Shown in pieces: positions 22,332-31,113 of a stretch of 64,000 nt of DNA. A program made the position numbers and the translations under genes. How positions within the stretch are numbered: position 1 is the first letter of the stretch; each line of letters starts with the position of its first letter. Source of the DNA: Patescibacteria group bacterium (GTDB lineage: Bacteria; Patescibacteriota; Microgenomatia; UBA1406; GWC2-37-13). Under the pieces are notes generated by a model that was not told the DNA's origin, did not search any database, and saw only the letters and a list, made by a program, of their open reading frames with translations. Location: positions 284,882 to 348,881 of the forward strand of contig JBAZVK010000002.1 in NCBI GenBank assembly GCA_041660945.1. Reading direction: 5' to 3'.

Positions 22332-23041
22332 TGATAGAAATAAATAGTACTGGAATTACTAACCACAGTGCAATAGGTAAATTTTGTTTTAACAATTTTT
22401 TTATAATCATTAATGTTTTTTAATTGGGCAAAAGGGGCTTCCAAATCTTCGGACAATTTAGACAAACTTAAAAAACCTTTACAACCGAGAGCTTCCGCCT
22501 TAGATCTGTAATAAGAGGTGATGTTCTCGCAAACAATAACACTATTAGAAACGTTCTCTGTATAAAAATCTGAATTTTTATCAGCATAAAATGTTTTGCC
22601 GCCAAAATTTTGATTAGTATTTTTTACCGGGAATTGTTCACCCTTGCCTACTTCAACTGATAATTCATTTTTTTTGATCTTTGCGATCTTTCCCTTAAAA
22701 AATGAATTGACGGTATTTTTAATTTCAGTTTGGCTTAGTATTGTTATTGAACCATTGGAATGATTTATCTCCTTAATCAAGCCCGAATATTTTGAAACAA
22801 TTTTTTTTGTTGTGAACATTCCTTTGTTAATGGCTATTATTTCGTTTTTTTCAATTGATTCGCCAACAAATTTTTTCAAATAATGAAAGATTTTTTGCGG
22901 GGAAACATTGAGATTTTTTGCAATGGATATGTTTACTTCTTCTTCCGCTGTTATTTGTAGAAACGGCGTTTCAAAATCAACTTCCTGATCTTCTTTTAAC
23001 AAACATTGATCAGAAACTGATATAGGGATAGTTATAAGCAT
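22328..23041 (-). CDS. Hypothetical protein (first gene of the ctp/PDZ operon)
   Basis: 237-aa ORF whose stop overlaps the peptidase gene start, suggesting translational coupling. I recognised no motif. Confidence 0.5.
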   Translation of the reverse strand: MLITIPISVSDQCLLKEDQEVDFETPFLQITAEEEVNISIAKNLNVSPQKIFHYLKKFVGESIEKNEIIAINKGMFTTKKIVSKYSGLIKEINHSNGSITILSQTEIKNTVNSFFKGKIAKIKKNELSVEVGKGEQFPVKNTNQNFGGKTFYADKNSDFYTENVSNSVIVCENITSYYRSKAEALGCKGFLSLSKLSEDLEAPFAQLKNINDYKKIVKTKFTYCTVVSNSSTIYFYQ

Positions 23042-23069
23042 AATTATTCATTATATGAAGAAAAAGAGC

Positions 23070-23276
23070 TCAACGCAAACCCTGATAAGATACGTAAGGA
23101 ATAAGAGCTAAATAACGGGCATATTTTAACTCCTTAGTTAAAATTCTCTGGTGCTTGGCACAAACATTGGTTTTTTCCCGATTTAAGATTTTTTTTCTAG
23201 GCGTCAAAAATTTTTGTAAATTATCAACTTCTTTAAAGCTAGGTTCTGCTTTAAATTGACAAAAAAAACATTTCAT
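23070..23276 (-). CDS. rpsR: 30S ribosomal protein S18
   Basis: …LQKFLTPRKKILNREKTNVCAKHQRILTKELKYARYLALIPY; rpsF-ssb-rpsR context. Confidence 0.9.
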   Translation of the reverse strand: MKCFFCQFKAEPSFKEVDNLQKFLTPRKKILNREKTNVCAKHQRILTKELKYARYLALIPYVSYQGLR

Positions 23277-23292
23277 ATTATTTTAAAAATTT

Positions 23293-23769
23293 TTAAAATG
23301 GAATATCGTCTGGGTTGACTAATTCTTCCTTTGTTGTTTCTGGCTTAGATTCTTCTATTTTTGAAGAAACTTCTTCTTCAGCCTGAACCGTTTCAACCTT
23401 CTTTCCAGTTTCAACATTTTCAGTCATTTTCCTGCCTTCGCCGAAAACTATGAAATCATCTAAAACTATTTCAGCAATTGTTCTTTGAATTCCATCTTTT
23501 CCGGTAAAGGTCCGATAAGTCATTCGTCCTTCGGCAAATACTTTCCGTCCTTTGTTCAGCAATTTTCCGCAAAGTTCAGCCAATTTCTGCCAGGCAACAA
23601 TCCTGTGATATTGAACGTCTTCCTTAGTCTGTCCGTCGTTGGTGGTCCAACTACGGTTGGTGGCAATACCAAAAGTACAAACAGCTGTTCCAGCTGGAGT
23701 GTATTTTAATTCAGGGTCTCTTGTTAAATTCCCTATTAAAATTATCCGGTTTAACGATCGGCTGGCCAT
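23293..23769 (-). CDS. ssb: Single-stranded DNA-binding protein
   Basis: It has an OB-fold N-terminus (LNRIILIGNLTRDPELKYTPAG) and an acidic tail ending DDIPF. Confidence 0.95.
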   Translation of the reverse strand: MASRSLNRIILIGNLTRDPELKYTPAGTAVCTFGIATNRSWTTNDGQTKEDVQYHRIVAWQKLAELCGKLLNKGRKVFAEGRMTYRTFTGKDGIQRTIAEIVLDDFIVFGEGRKMTENVETGKKVETVQAEEEVSSKIEESKPETTKEELVNPDDIPF

Positions 23770-23772
23770 AAT

Positions 23773-24033
23773 TTATTCTTGCACTAATAACAAATATCTT
23801 AAAACTTTTTCGTTTAAATTAAGCTTGTTCTTAAAATCTAATACGCTTTTTTTATCTATTTCAATTTCAAAATTGTAAAACAACGCGGTATGACTTTTCT
23901 TTATCGTGTAAGCTAAGGTTTTCTCACCCCACTTGTCCTCTTTAATGACCTTACCCTTGCACGATTCGATCAATTCCTTAACAGTTTTTGCTGCAACTTC
24001 TTCCTTAACTAAGAAAGTTAATTCATATTTCAT
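23773..24033 (-). CDS. rpsF: 30S ribosomal protein S6
   Basis: MKYELTFLVKEE…; the ATG at 24033 gives the canonical N-terminus. Confidence 0.9.
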   Translation of the reverse strand: MKYELTFLVKEEVAAKTVKELIESCKGKVIKEDKWGEKTLAYTIKKSHTALFYNFEIEIDKKSVLDFKNKLNLNEKVLRYLLLVQE

Positions 24034-24063
24034 AAGTTTATCTGTACTATAATACAAGTAATA

Positions 24064-25899
24064 ATGAGAAAAATCAACGGGAAAGTAATAGTTGTTTTTA
24101 TTTTTTGGTTATTGGTCATTGGTTTGTTGGTATATTCCAGATTCATAAATCTAGGGTGGGGTTTGCCCTATCCAATGCATCCGGATGAGAGGAATATGGC
24201 TAATGCAGTTCAACAACTGAACTGCAAATTTCCAATTTCCAATTTCCAATTTCCAAATAAATTCCAATTTTCAATTAACAATTTTCAAAACTGCTTTAAT
24301 CCTCATTTTTTTGCCTACGGACAACTACCTCTTTATTTGGGCTATCTAATTGTTTATATTCTAAAGTTTTTCGACGGCGATTTGAGTTTGCCTATCAGTT
24401 TTCAAGAAGCGACGATAAGTTTAAGGATAATATCGGCAGCGGCATCAATAATTAATGTTTTTGTTTTATTTAAAATAATAAAATTGATTTTTAATAAATT
24501 TTCATCCGCCAGCTGGCGGATTGTTTCTCAATTATTTATCTTATTAATTCTTATTTTTTCACCTTACGCGATTCAATCTGCACATTTTGGGACAACGGAA
24601 TCTCTATTAATGTTGTTTTATTCGGTTATTATTTATTATTCACTTCTCTTTATTGATAAAAAAACAGATACCTTGACTTTTGTAATAAATAGCTCCATTC
24701 TTGTAGGTTTGTCTTTAGCGACTAAAGTTTCTTCACTGATTTTTTTAACAGTACCTTTTTTAGTTTTGTTATTCAATATGGAATTTTTAAAACTAAAACC
24801 TTTTGCCTTTATATCTGGAAACTCCGTTTATTTACATGGATATAGACTAATGAACAAGATAATGGATTTGATTACCTTGATTTTTATAAGTTTGATCGTT
24901 TTTTTTATTTTTTCTCCCCATAATTTTATAAATTTTAGGGATTTTATCAGCTCAATGAATTATGAATCTGATGTGGCTCTCGGAAGATCTTTAGTTTTTT
25001 ATACAAGACAATTTTTTAGTACAAAACCTTTTTATTTTCAGTTAGAAAAAATTTTTCCTTTTGCATTGGGTTGCCCGGCATTTATTTTGGGATGCCTGGG
25101 TTTTATCGGGCTTTCATGGACAGACAAAAAAATCAATCTGCTCCGTTTCGCGTTTTTAATTTATTTTATTCCAAGTGCCGTGATTTACGCAAAGTGGAGC
25201 CGGTTTATGGCACCGGTATTTCCGTTGTTTTCAACTTTCGCCATTCTTTTTATATTAAATATGAAAAATCAATCTACCAGCTGGCGGATAAAAATACATA
25301 TTAAATATCAAAATTTTTACATTTTAATATGTAATTTTGCTTTTTGCTTTTTAATTTTTACTATGATTATTCCAGGGATTGCATATCTTTCCATATATCG
25401 AAACCCAGATGTTCGCTTTCAAGCATCAGAGTGGATTTATAAAAATATTCCTAATAATAATTTTATTTTGTTTGAAACGGCGAACGTAGTTGACATTCCT
25501 ATTGAAAATCCCTCCTCCCTCAAGGCATCAAAAAGCAGATATAATTCAAATTACAATACTGTTTCATTTAATTTTTATGATCTAGACGAAAGTCCCGAGC
25601 TACAGTCGGAATTGAAAAATTATATAGAAAAAGCAGATTATATATTTATTCCGTCAAGGCGAATCTTTGCGAATCACTCAAAGAATAAATATCCTCTTTT
25701 GAATAAATATTACGAGGATTTGTTTTCGGGAAAATTAGGATTTGAAAAAGTTGCAGAATTTAAATCAAATCCTTCAATTAAATTTTCAATTTTCAATTTT
25801 CAATTTTCAATGAATTTTCCTGATGAACAGGCGGAAGAAACATGGACGGTTTTTGATCATCCGGTGATACGGATATATAAAAAGATTAAATCTTCTTAA
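24064..25899 (+). CDS. Glycosyltransferase family 39 (ArnT/PMT-like) membrane protein
   Basis: 611 aa and polytopic, with an early periplasmic-loop acidic motif (PYPMHPDERN). It contains in-frame repeat insertions, listed as separate features. Confidence 0.8.
   Translation: MRKINGKVIVVFIFWLLVIGLLVYSRFINLGWGLPYPMHPDERNMANAVQQLNCKFPISNFQFPNKFQFSINNFQNCFNPHFFAYGQLPLYLGYLIVYILKFFDGDLSLPISFQEATISLRIISAAASIINVFVLFKIIKLIFNKFSSASWRIVSQLFILLILIFSPYAIQSAHFGTTESLLMLFYSVIIYYSLLFIDKKTDTLTFVINSSILVGLSLATKVSSLIFLTVPFLVLLFNMEFLKLKPFAFISGNSVYLHGYRLMNKIMDLITLIFISLIVFFIFSPHNFINFRDFISSMNYESDVALGRSLVFYTRQFFSTKPFYFQLEKIFPFALGCPAFILGCLGFIGLSWTDKKINLLRFAFLIYFIPSAVIYAKWSRFMAPVFPLFSTFAILFILNMKNQSTSWRIKIHIKYQNFYILICNFAFCFLIFTMIIPGIAYLSIYRNPDVRFQASEWIYKNIPNNNFILFETANVVDIPIENPSSLKASKSRYNSNYNTVSFNFYDLDESPELQSELKNYIEKADYIFIPSRRIFANHSKNKYPLLNKYYEDLFSGKLGFEKVAEFKSNPSIKFSIFNFQFSMNFPDEQAEETWTVFDHPVIRIYKKIKSS
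24229..24291. repeat. Heptamer-repeat element, copy R2, in frame inside the GT39 CDS (4 x TTTCCAA + spacer + 26-nt tail)
   Basis: Read directly. It is translated as FPISNFQFPNKFQFSINNFQN. The tail AATTTTCAATTAACAATTTTCAAAAC matches 1425-1450. Confidence 0.85.
24504..24521. repeat. Perfect 18-nt GC-rich palindrome ATCCGCCAGCTGGCGGAT inside the GT39 CDS
   Basis: Read directly. A degenerate copy, ATCTACCAGCTGGCGGAT, lies at 25272-25289. Both encode SWRI. Confidence 0.85.
25272..25289. repeat. Degenerate copy of the GC-rich palindrome (ATCTACCAGCTGGCGGAT)
   Basis: 16 of 18 positions are identical to 24504-24521, in the same reading frame. Confidence 0.75.
25783..25810. repeat. Heptamer array R3 (4 x TTTTCAA) in frame near the 3' end of the GT39 CDS
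   Basis: Read directly. It is translated as FSIFNFQFSMNF and is followed by TGAATTTTC, as in R1. Confidence 0.85.
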
Positions 25900-27280
25900 T
25901 AGTGTAAGCTTCTCCTTTGTCCTCTATTTTATAGCCGGCTTTTTCAATTCTAACTCTTAATTTATCAGACATGTCAAAATTTCTTGCGCTTCTTGCTTTT
26001 AACCTTTCTTCTGCTAATTTAATTATATTCACAGGAATTTTTTCTTTGGTAGTTTTATATAAATCCAAACCAAAGATTTTATCAAAATCCATAAGTAAAA
26101 AATATTTTTCCTCGTTCGAAATATCAGATTTAATCATGTCCCACATTACGGCAACTGCTTGAGGGGTTTGAAGATCGTTTGAAATTGCATCGGTAAATTG
26201 TTTTTGATAAGAAGTAGCTTTTGCTGATTTTATATTTGTCAAAGTTTTTTGAGGTTTTAACCTTGAAGATATTTCCCTTAATTTATTATATGCTTCCTGG
26301 CTTGCTTTAGCCGATTGCCAGGAAAAATTCATTAGTTGCCGATAATGAGATTGTAAAAAAAGATACCGAACTGATAATGGACTAATATTGTTTTTTTCCA
26401 AATCCTCAAGCTTATAGATATTTCCTAAAGATTTACTCATTTTCTGGTTATCAACCATCAAAAAATTATTATGAAACCAAATGTTTACAAATTGTTTGTC
26501 TGTTGCTCCTTCCGATTGAGCAATTTCGTTTTCATGATGAACGGGGATATGGTCGATTCCCCCGGTGTGAATATCAATTGTTTCCCCTAAATATTTCATT
26601 CCCATAGCTGAACATTCAATATGCCAACCAGGAAATCCCTCCCCCCAGGGAGAAGGCCAATGCATAGAATGATCGGTAAAGCGTCCGACTTTCTTAAACC
26701 ATAAAGCAAAGTCGGCTGGGTGTTTTTTTTCATAATCAACATTGATATCATCCCTAGCGGCTTGAACTTTTTCATCTAATTCTTGTCTAGAAAGTTTTCC
26801 ATAATTAGGAAATTTTGAAATATCATAATAAACAGCCTGACTGGTTTCATAGGTAAAACCCTTTGCTTGCAGTCTGCTAATCAATTCAATCATTTCTGGA
26901 ATGTGATCGGTTGCTTTACAAGTAATATCAGGGCGGAGGATATTCAAAGCATCTGTAGTTTTAAAAAAATAATCAGTAAAAAATTTTACAACTTCCCAAA
27001 CGGTTTTACTGGATTTTTTTGCTCCTTTTTCCAGTTTATCTATCCCTGTATCATCATCTCCGGTGAGGTGTCCCACATCAGTAATATTCATTACCCGGTT
27101 AACATTAAAACCACAATAATCCAAAGTTCTTTTCAAAAGGTCATTGATTACATATGCCCGCATATGGCCTATATGAGTATAATCATAAACTGTCGGGCCA
27201 CAGGTGTATAAAGATACTCTTGGTGGATTAATTGGTATTACTTTCTCAATTTTTCGAGTTAAAGTGTTATAAAGTTTCAT
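25886..27280 (-). CDS. cysS: Cysteine--tRNA ligase
   Basis: Class I motifs HIGHMRAY and KMSKS. The 3' end overlaps the GT39 gene convergently by 14 nt. Confidence 0.95.
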   Translation of the reverse strand: MKLYNTLTRKIEKVIPINPPRVSLYTCGPTVYDYTHIGHMRAYVINDLLKRTLDYCGFNVNRVMNITDVGHLTGDDDTGIDKLEKGAKKSSKTVWEVVKFFTDYFFKTTDALNILRPDITCKATDHIPEMIELISRLQAKGFTYETSQAVYYDISKFPNYGKLSRQELDEKVQAARDDINVDYEKKHPADFALWFKKVGRFTDHSMHWPSPWGEGFPGWHIECSAMGMKYLGETIDIHTGGIDHIPVHHENEIAQSEGATDKQFVNIWFHNNFLMVDNQKMSKSLGNIYKLEDLEKNNISPLSVRYLFLQSHYRQLMNFSWQSAKASQEAYNKLREISSRLKPQKTLTNIKSAKATSYQKQFTDAISNDLQTPQAVAVMWDMIKSDISNEEKYFLLMDFDKIFGLDLYKTTKEKIPVNIIKLAEERLKARSARNFDMSDKLRVRIEKAGYKIEDKGEAYTIKKI

Positions 27281-27302
27281 AACAAATCAATTGTAGCAGA
27301 TT

Positions 27303-28487
27303 TTATATAGAAGAGATTTTATTAGGTTTTTTTTCAAGGCTATAAATATAGGTCGAGAAAACTGCGAAAAGAGCAAAAATTGCCGCAAGGTTAAAAGAGT
27401 TAATAATTCCATATAAATCGGCTACATACCCGAGGATAATTGGTGCTAAGGCACTTGATAAAGAAGCAATGAAAGACCCTACTGCGAAAGCCTTTTCATA
27501 TGAGCCGTGGTGAGCATTAGTTTCGGCAACCATAGTGGTACGGACTGGAGCCGTTCCCATAGTTAACGAACCCAAAATAACTGAAAAAGTAATTATAAAA
27601 AATATTGAATTGCTGTAAGTTAATAAAATAATAAATATGATCATCAATGATTCGGCGTAAATAAAAACCTTAATATTTTTAAATTTATCAGTTAGCCGTC
27701 CCAATCCCATTTTCCCGATAAGATTACCCAAGAAAAAAGCCGAAGTGAAGGCTCCCAAGACAGAAGGATTAATACCTTTAAAAATAAGCAAAAAAGGCAA
27801 AAAAATAAAAAGTGCGGAACTAGCTAAATTATCAAAAAAATTAATTAATAAAACCAGAAGAAAACCCTTATTTTTTATTATTTCAGAAAAATTTACATGT
27901 TTTTGTTTTTTTGGGTTCAAATTTTCATTGTTATTTATTTTTTCATTTTTGAAGTGCGAAAACAAAAAAATCGTGAGCAGAATACCGGAAATTATTACAT
28001 AAACAAAAGAAGTTCTCTGCCAACCGATTGTAAATGCAATAAAAGAAACAAAACCAGATAAACATATTCTTCCGAATTCACCAATTGCGGTAAAATCTCC
28101 AACCGTTCGACCAAGTTTTTCCTTTTTCGATAGATTTGCCACAATCGAAAAAGCGACAGGATGAAATGATCCAAAAGCAACGGACATTATAGCAAAAGAG
28201 AAAATCAAAAAAATATAAGAATGGGAAAAACTCGTAAACAAAAACCCAAGCCCATAAAAAATTATTGTAAAAACTAAAATTTTTATTGCACCAAACCGAC
28301 TGCCTAAATAACCCACAGGCAGGGAGAGCAAAATTCCTGTAAGAGAAAAAATTGAACTAAGGAATCCTATTTGTGTCAAATTTAGACTTAAATCTTTAGC
28401 AATAAACGGCAAAAGGAGAATAATACTTGCAAGAAAACCGTCATTAAAAAAATGAAGGGTAAAAATTTGAGTCAGTTTGTTCTTCAT
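27303..28487 (-). CDS. MFS transporter
   Basis: 394 aa with about 12 TM segments in a 6+6 layout and a charged central loop. Confidence 0.8.
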   Translation of the reverse strand: MKNKLTQIFTLHFFNDGFLASIILLLPFIAKDLSLNLTQIGFLSSIFSLTGILLSLPVGYLGSRFGAIKILVFTIIFYGLGFLFTSFSHSYIFLIFSFAIMSVAFGSFHPVAFSIVANLSKKEKLGRTVGDFTAIGEFGRICLSGFVSFIAFTIGWQRTSFVYVIISGILLTIFLFSHFKNEKINNNENLNPKKQKHVNFSEIIKNKGFLLVLLINFFDNLASSALFIFLPFLLIFKGINPSVLGAFTSAFFLGNLIGKMGLGRLTDKFKNIKVFIYAESLMIIFIILLTYSNSIFFIITFSVILGSLTMGTAPVRTTMVAETNAHHGSYEKAFAVGSFIASLSSALAPIILGYVADLYGIINSFNLAAIFALFAVFSTYIYSLEKKPNKISSI

Positions 28488-28488
28488 G

Positions 28489-28561
28489 TCGGGATGGTGA
28501 GACTTGAACTCACGACCTCACGGTCCCGAACCGTGTGTTCTACCATCTGAACTACATCCCG
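28489..28561 (-). tRNA. tRNA-Pro (anticodon CGG)
   Basis: Manual cloverleaf fold: acceptor CGGGAUG/CAUCCCG, D stem GUUC/GAAC, anticodon stem CACGG/CCGUG with loop UUCGGGA, and a T arm GUGAG-UUCAAGU-CUCAC. No CCA is encoded. Confidence 0.9.
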
Positions 28562-28579
28562 AATTCGTAAATTATAGCA

Positions 28580-29092
28580 TTATTGTTTTCCGGAGGCGGG
28601 TTTATTTTCAACGTGCTGTTGTTCGGAAGCTTTCTTGCGGGACATTGTTCCCCGTTTCGCTTTCCCAGTCGGCATATCCCCCTGTTGCCACTGAGTCTTT
28701 TGTTGTTGCTCTTTTTTCTTCTTTTCTTGCATTTTATATTCTTCCTGTCTTTTTTTCTGAGCTTCTTCCATCTCCTTCCTTTCCAATACTTTTTCATCTT
28801 CCCGTCTAACAATTTGAAATAGGCGGTTTCTCAGGGCTTCCGCCTGAAGTTTATCTTTGTCCTGAAACTTATTTTTTAGTTTATCAAAATTGACAGGAGT
28901 GTGATTCTCTCCATGTTTAACCTCCGAGGTTTTTGCTGAGTTTTGCTCAGGATTAACCTCGGAGGTTTTTCCAGCAGCTTTGTCAAAAGGATTTATTATT
29001 TGAGCAACCGATTTAACAGTATGTTTAGCGGTTGAAGTTCCTAATTCGGCTAATTGTTCAAATGTGTCGCCTAAAATAGTGCCTTTTGTCAT
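28580..29092 (-). CDS. Hypothetical K/E/Q-rich low-complexity protein
   Basis: 170-aa ORF starting 3 nt after the upstream gene stop. It has a coiled-coil-like charged stretch and an internal AKTSEV duplication. Confidence 0.45.
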   Translation of the reverse strand: MTKGTILGDTFEQLAELGTSTAKHTVKSVAQIINPFDKAAGKTSEVNPEQNSAKTSEVKHGENHTPVNFDKLKNKFQDKDKLQAEALRNRLFQIVRREDEKVLERKEMEEAQKKRQEEYKMQEKKKKEQQQKTQWQQGDMPTGKAKRGTMSRKKASEQQHVENKPASGKQ

Positions 29093-29094
29093 AG

Positions 29095-29400
29095 TTATAT
29101 TCCCAACATCGCCCTACCCTTCTTGCTCATCTTTTCCATCGACCAGGGTGGATCAAAAGTTAATTCAAGACTGATATCTTCATCTTTGATTCCCAATTCT
29201 TTAATTTTGTCTTTAATTTGAGTTTCAATAAGAGAAAATAGCGGGCAGCCGATAGTAGTCAGTGTCATTGTAATATTTAATTTTTTTTTGATCAACTTAA
29301 CTTTATAAACCAAGCCTAAATCGACAATTGAAATATTTAATTCCGGATCCATGACCTCAGTGAGTTTATTTTTAATTTGTTTTTCGTTAATTTTTTTCAT
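29095..29400 (-). CDS. DUF59/SufT-like Fe-S cluster assembly factor
   Basis: MDPELNISIVDLGLVYKV…LTTIGCPL is the typical DUF59 (MIP18) signature. Confidence 0.8.
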   Translation of the reverse strand: MKKINEKQIKNKLTEVMDPELNISIVDLGLVYKVKLIKKKLNITMTLTTIGCPLFSLIETQIKDKIKELGIKDEDISLELTFDPPWSMEKMSKKGRAMLGI

Positions 29401-29442
29401 AGAGTATAATAATTATAGCAATTATAAATATTTTAAATATAA

Positions 29443-31113
29443 ATGATAACTTATAAACTTCACTTTGTTCCGCTTGGCGGGATCGTCGGCGTTACCAAAA
29501 ACATGTATGTATACGAAATATATAACGATGATAAGCTAAAAGACATTATTATTGTTGATTGCGGAATCGGTTTTCCAAAAGAAAAAGAATTAGGGGTGGA
29601 TTTTGTTATACCTGATATTACATATTTGATGGATAAAAAAAAGTTTATTAGGGCGATCCTAATAACGCACGGACACGAAGACCATACTTCAGCACTTCCG
29701 CTACTTTATGATGATTTAGGACGGCCGCCGGTTTATGCCAGCCTATTAACGTCGATGTTTATTGAAAATAAATTTAAAGATAAGCATAAAAAAATTTTAG
29801 TCAATCGAGTCGATTTTAATAAAGAATATATTTTTGGTGACTTTCGTGTTTCTTATTTGAAAATGACCCATTCAATTCCTGATACGACTCATATTATTAT
29901 TAGGACGCCAATCGGAACGATATATCATGGATCAGATTTTAAATTAGATTTGACACCTCCATATGGACCAAGTCCTGATTTTTATAAAATTACTAAAGCA
30001 GGTCATGAAGGGGTTTTGTGTTTGTTGTCAGACTGTCTTGGGAGCGAGCGAGAAGGTCTAACCTTGTCTGAAAACATCGTCGGTCAAACGTTCGAAGATG
30101 AAATGAGAAAGACAAAAGGAAAATTTATTATGACAACATTCTCCTCAAACATTTCCCGTATTCGCCAATGTGTCGATGCAGCTATCAAATTTAATCGGAA
30201 GATCTGTTTCTTGGGTCGATCAATGAGAGAAAACACAAAAATTGCCGCAAGCATTGGTTATTTGCCGATTCCTCAAAGTCTTTTTATAAAAGAAGAAGAA
30301 GTCGGACGATTACCCGCTGGAAAAATATGCCTAATTGTTGCCGGTTCGCAGGGACAGTATGGATCCGCCCTATCAAAGTTGGCTGATCGGCAGAATAAAA
30401 ACATCGCTGTTAAGACCGGTGATAAAATTATTTTTTCTTCAGATCCCATTCCAGGCAACGAGAATGGAGTTTACGAAACAATTGAACAATTATCGGAAGA
30501 AGGAGCTGATGTTGTCTATTCTGATATTGCCGATCAACTTCATTCCTCTGGTCATGGCAATCAGGAAGATCTAAAGTTTTTAATGAGGTTTACAAATCCA
30601 AGGTATTTCATTCCAATAGGTGGAACAATAAGACATCAAAAACAGTATGAGAATTTGGTTGAACAACTGGGATATAAGAGAAATGACGTTTTTTCATTAA
30701 ATGAAGGCGAAACAGTTTGGTTTGTAAAAAATAAAGCTTATAAGGGTGAGAAAGTTGAAACAAAAAATATTTATGTTGATGCTTACGGAATAGGAGACGT
30801 CGGAAGTGTTATACTCCGGGATAGAAAAACTTTAGCGACCGATGGAATTGTTTTTGCTATTGCAACGGTCGATAATAAAGGGATATTGATAGGAAAGCCA
30901 AAAATATTTTCCAGAGGTTTTATTTTTGAAAAAGAAGAAGGCAGATTATATTCACAGGCTGAAAAAATGATTGCGGATGTTTTTATGGTAAGAAACGAAA
31001 AGGCATTTGATCCAGGACAGACGCAATATGAAGTAATAAAAAATCTTGAGGAATTCTTTAGAAAAGCAACCGGGAGAAAGCCATTAATTGTGGCAGAAGT
31101 AATAAAACTGTGA
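29443..31113 (+). CDS. rnj: Ribonuclease J
   Basis: Metallo-beta-lactamase motif ITHGHEDH, a beta-CASP layout, and a length of about 556 aa. Confidence 0.9.
   Translation: MITYKLHFVPLGGIVGVTKNMYVYEIYNDDKLKDIIIVDCGIGFPKEKELGVDFVIPDITYLMDKKKFIRAILITHGHEDHTSALPLLYDDLGRPPVYASLLTSMFIENKFKDKHKKILVNRVDFNKEYIFGDFRVSYLKMTHSIPDTTHIIIRTPIGTIYHGSDFKLDLTPPYGPSPDFYKITKAGHEGVLCLLSDCLGSEREGLTLSENIVGQTFEDEMRKTKGKFIMTTFSSNISRIRQCVDAAIKFNRKICFLGRSMRENTKIAASIGYLPIPQSLFIKEEEVGRLPAGKICLIVAGSQGQYGSALSKLADRQNKNIAVKTGDKIIFSSDPIPGNENGVYETIEQLSEEGADVVYSDIADQLHSSGHGNQEDLKFLMRFTNPRYFIPIGGTIRHQKQYENLVEQLGYKRNDVFSLNEGETVWFVKNKAYKGEKVETKNIYVDAYGIGDVGSVILRDRKTLATDGIVFAIATVDNKGILIGKPKIFSRGFIFEKEEGRLYSQAEKMIADVFMVRNEKAFDPGQTQYEVIKNLEEFFRKATGRKPLIVAEVIKL

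Noticed and set aside
24229-25810. Possible CRISPR array, given the regular repeats
   Set aside because: The units are only 7 nt, directly tandem with no spacers, and lie inside an intact CDS.
28504-28822. ORFs 28504..28809 (+), 28583..28822 (+) and 28552..28812 (-)
   Set aside because: They overlap tRNA-Pro and the longer 28580..29092 ORF. They are low-complexity frame artefacts of purine/pyrimidine-skewed DNA.
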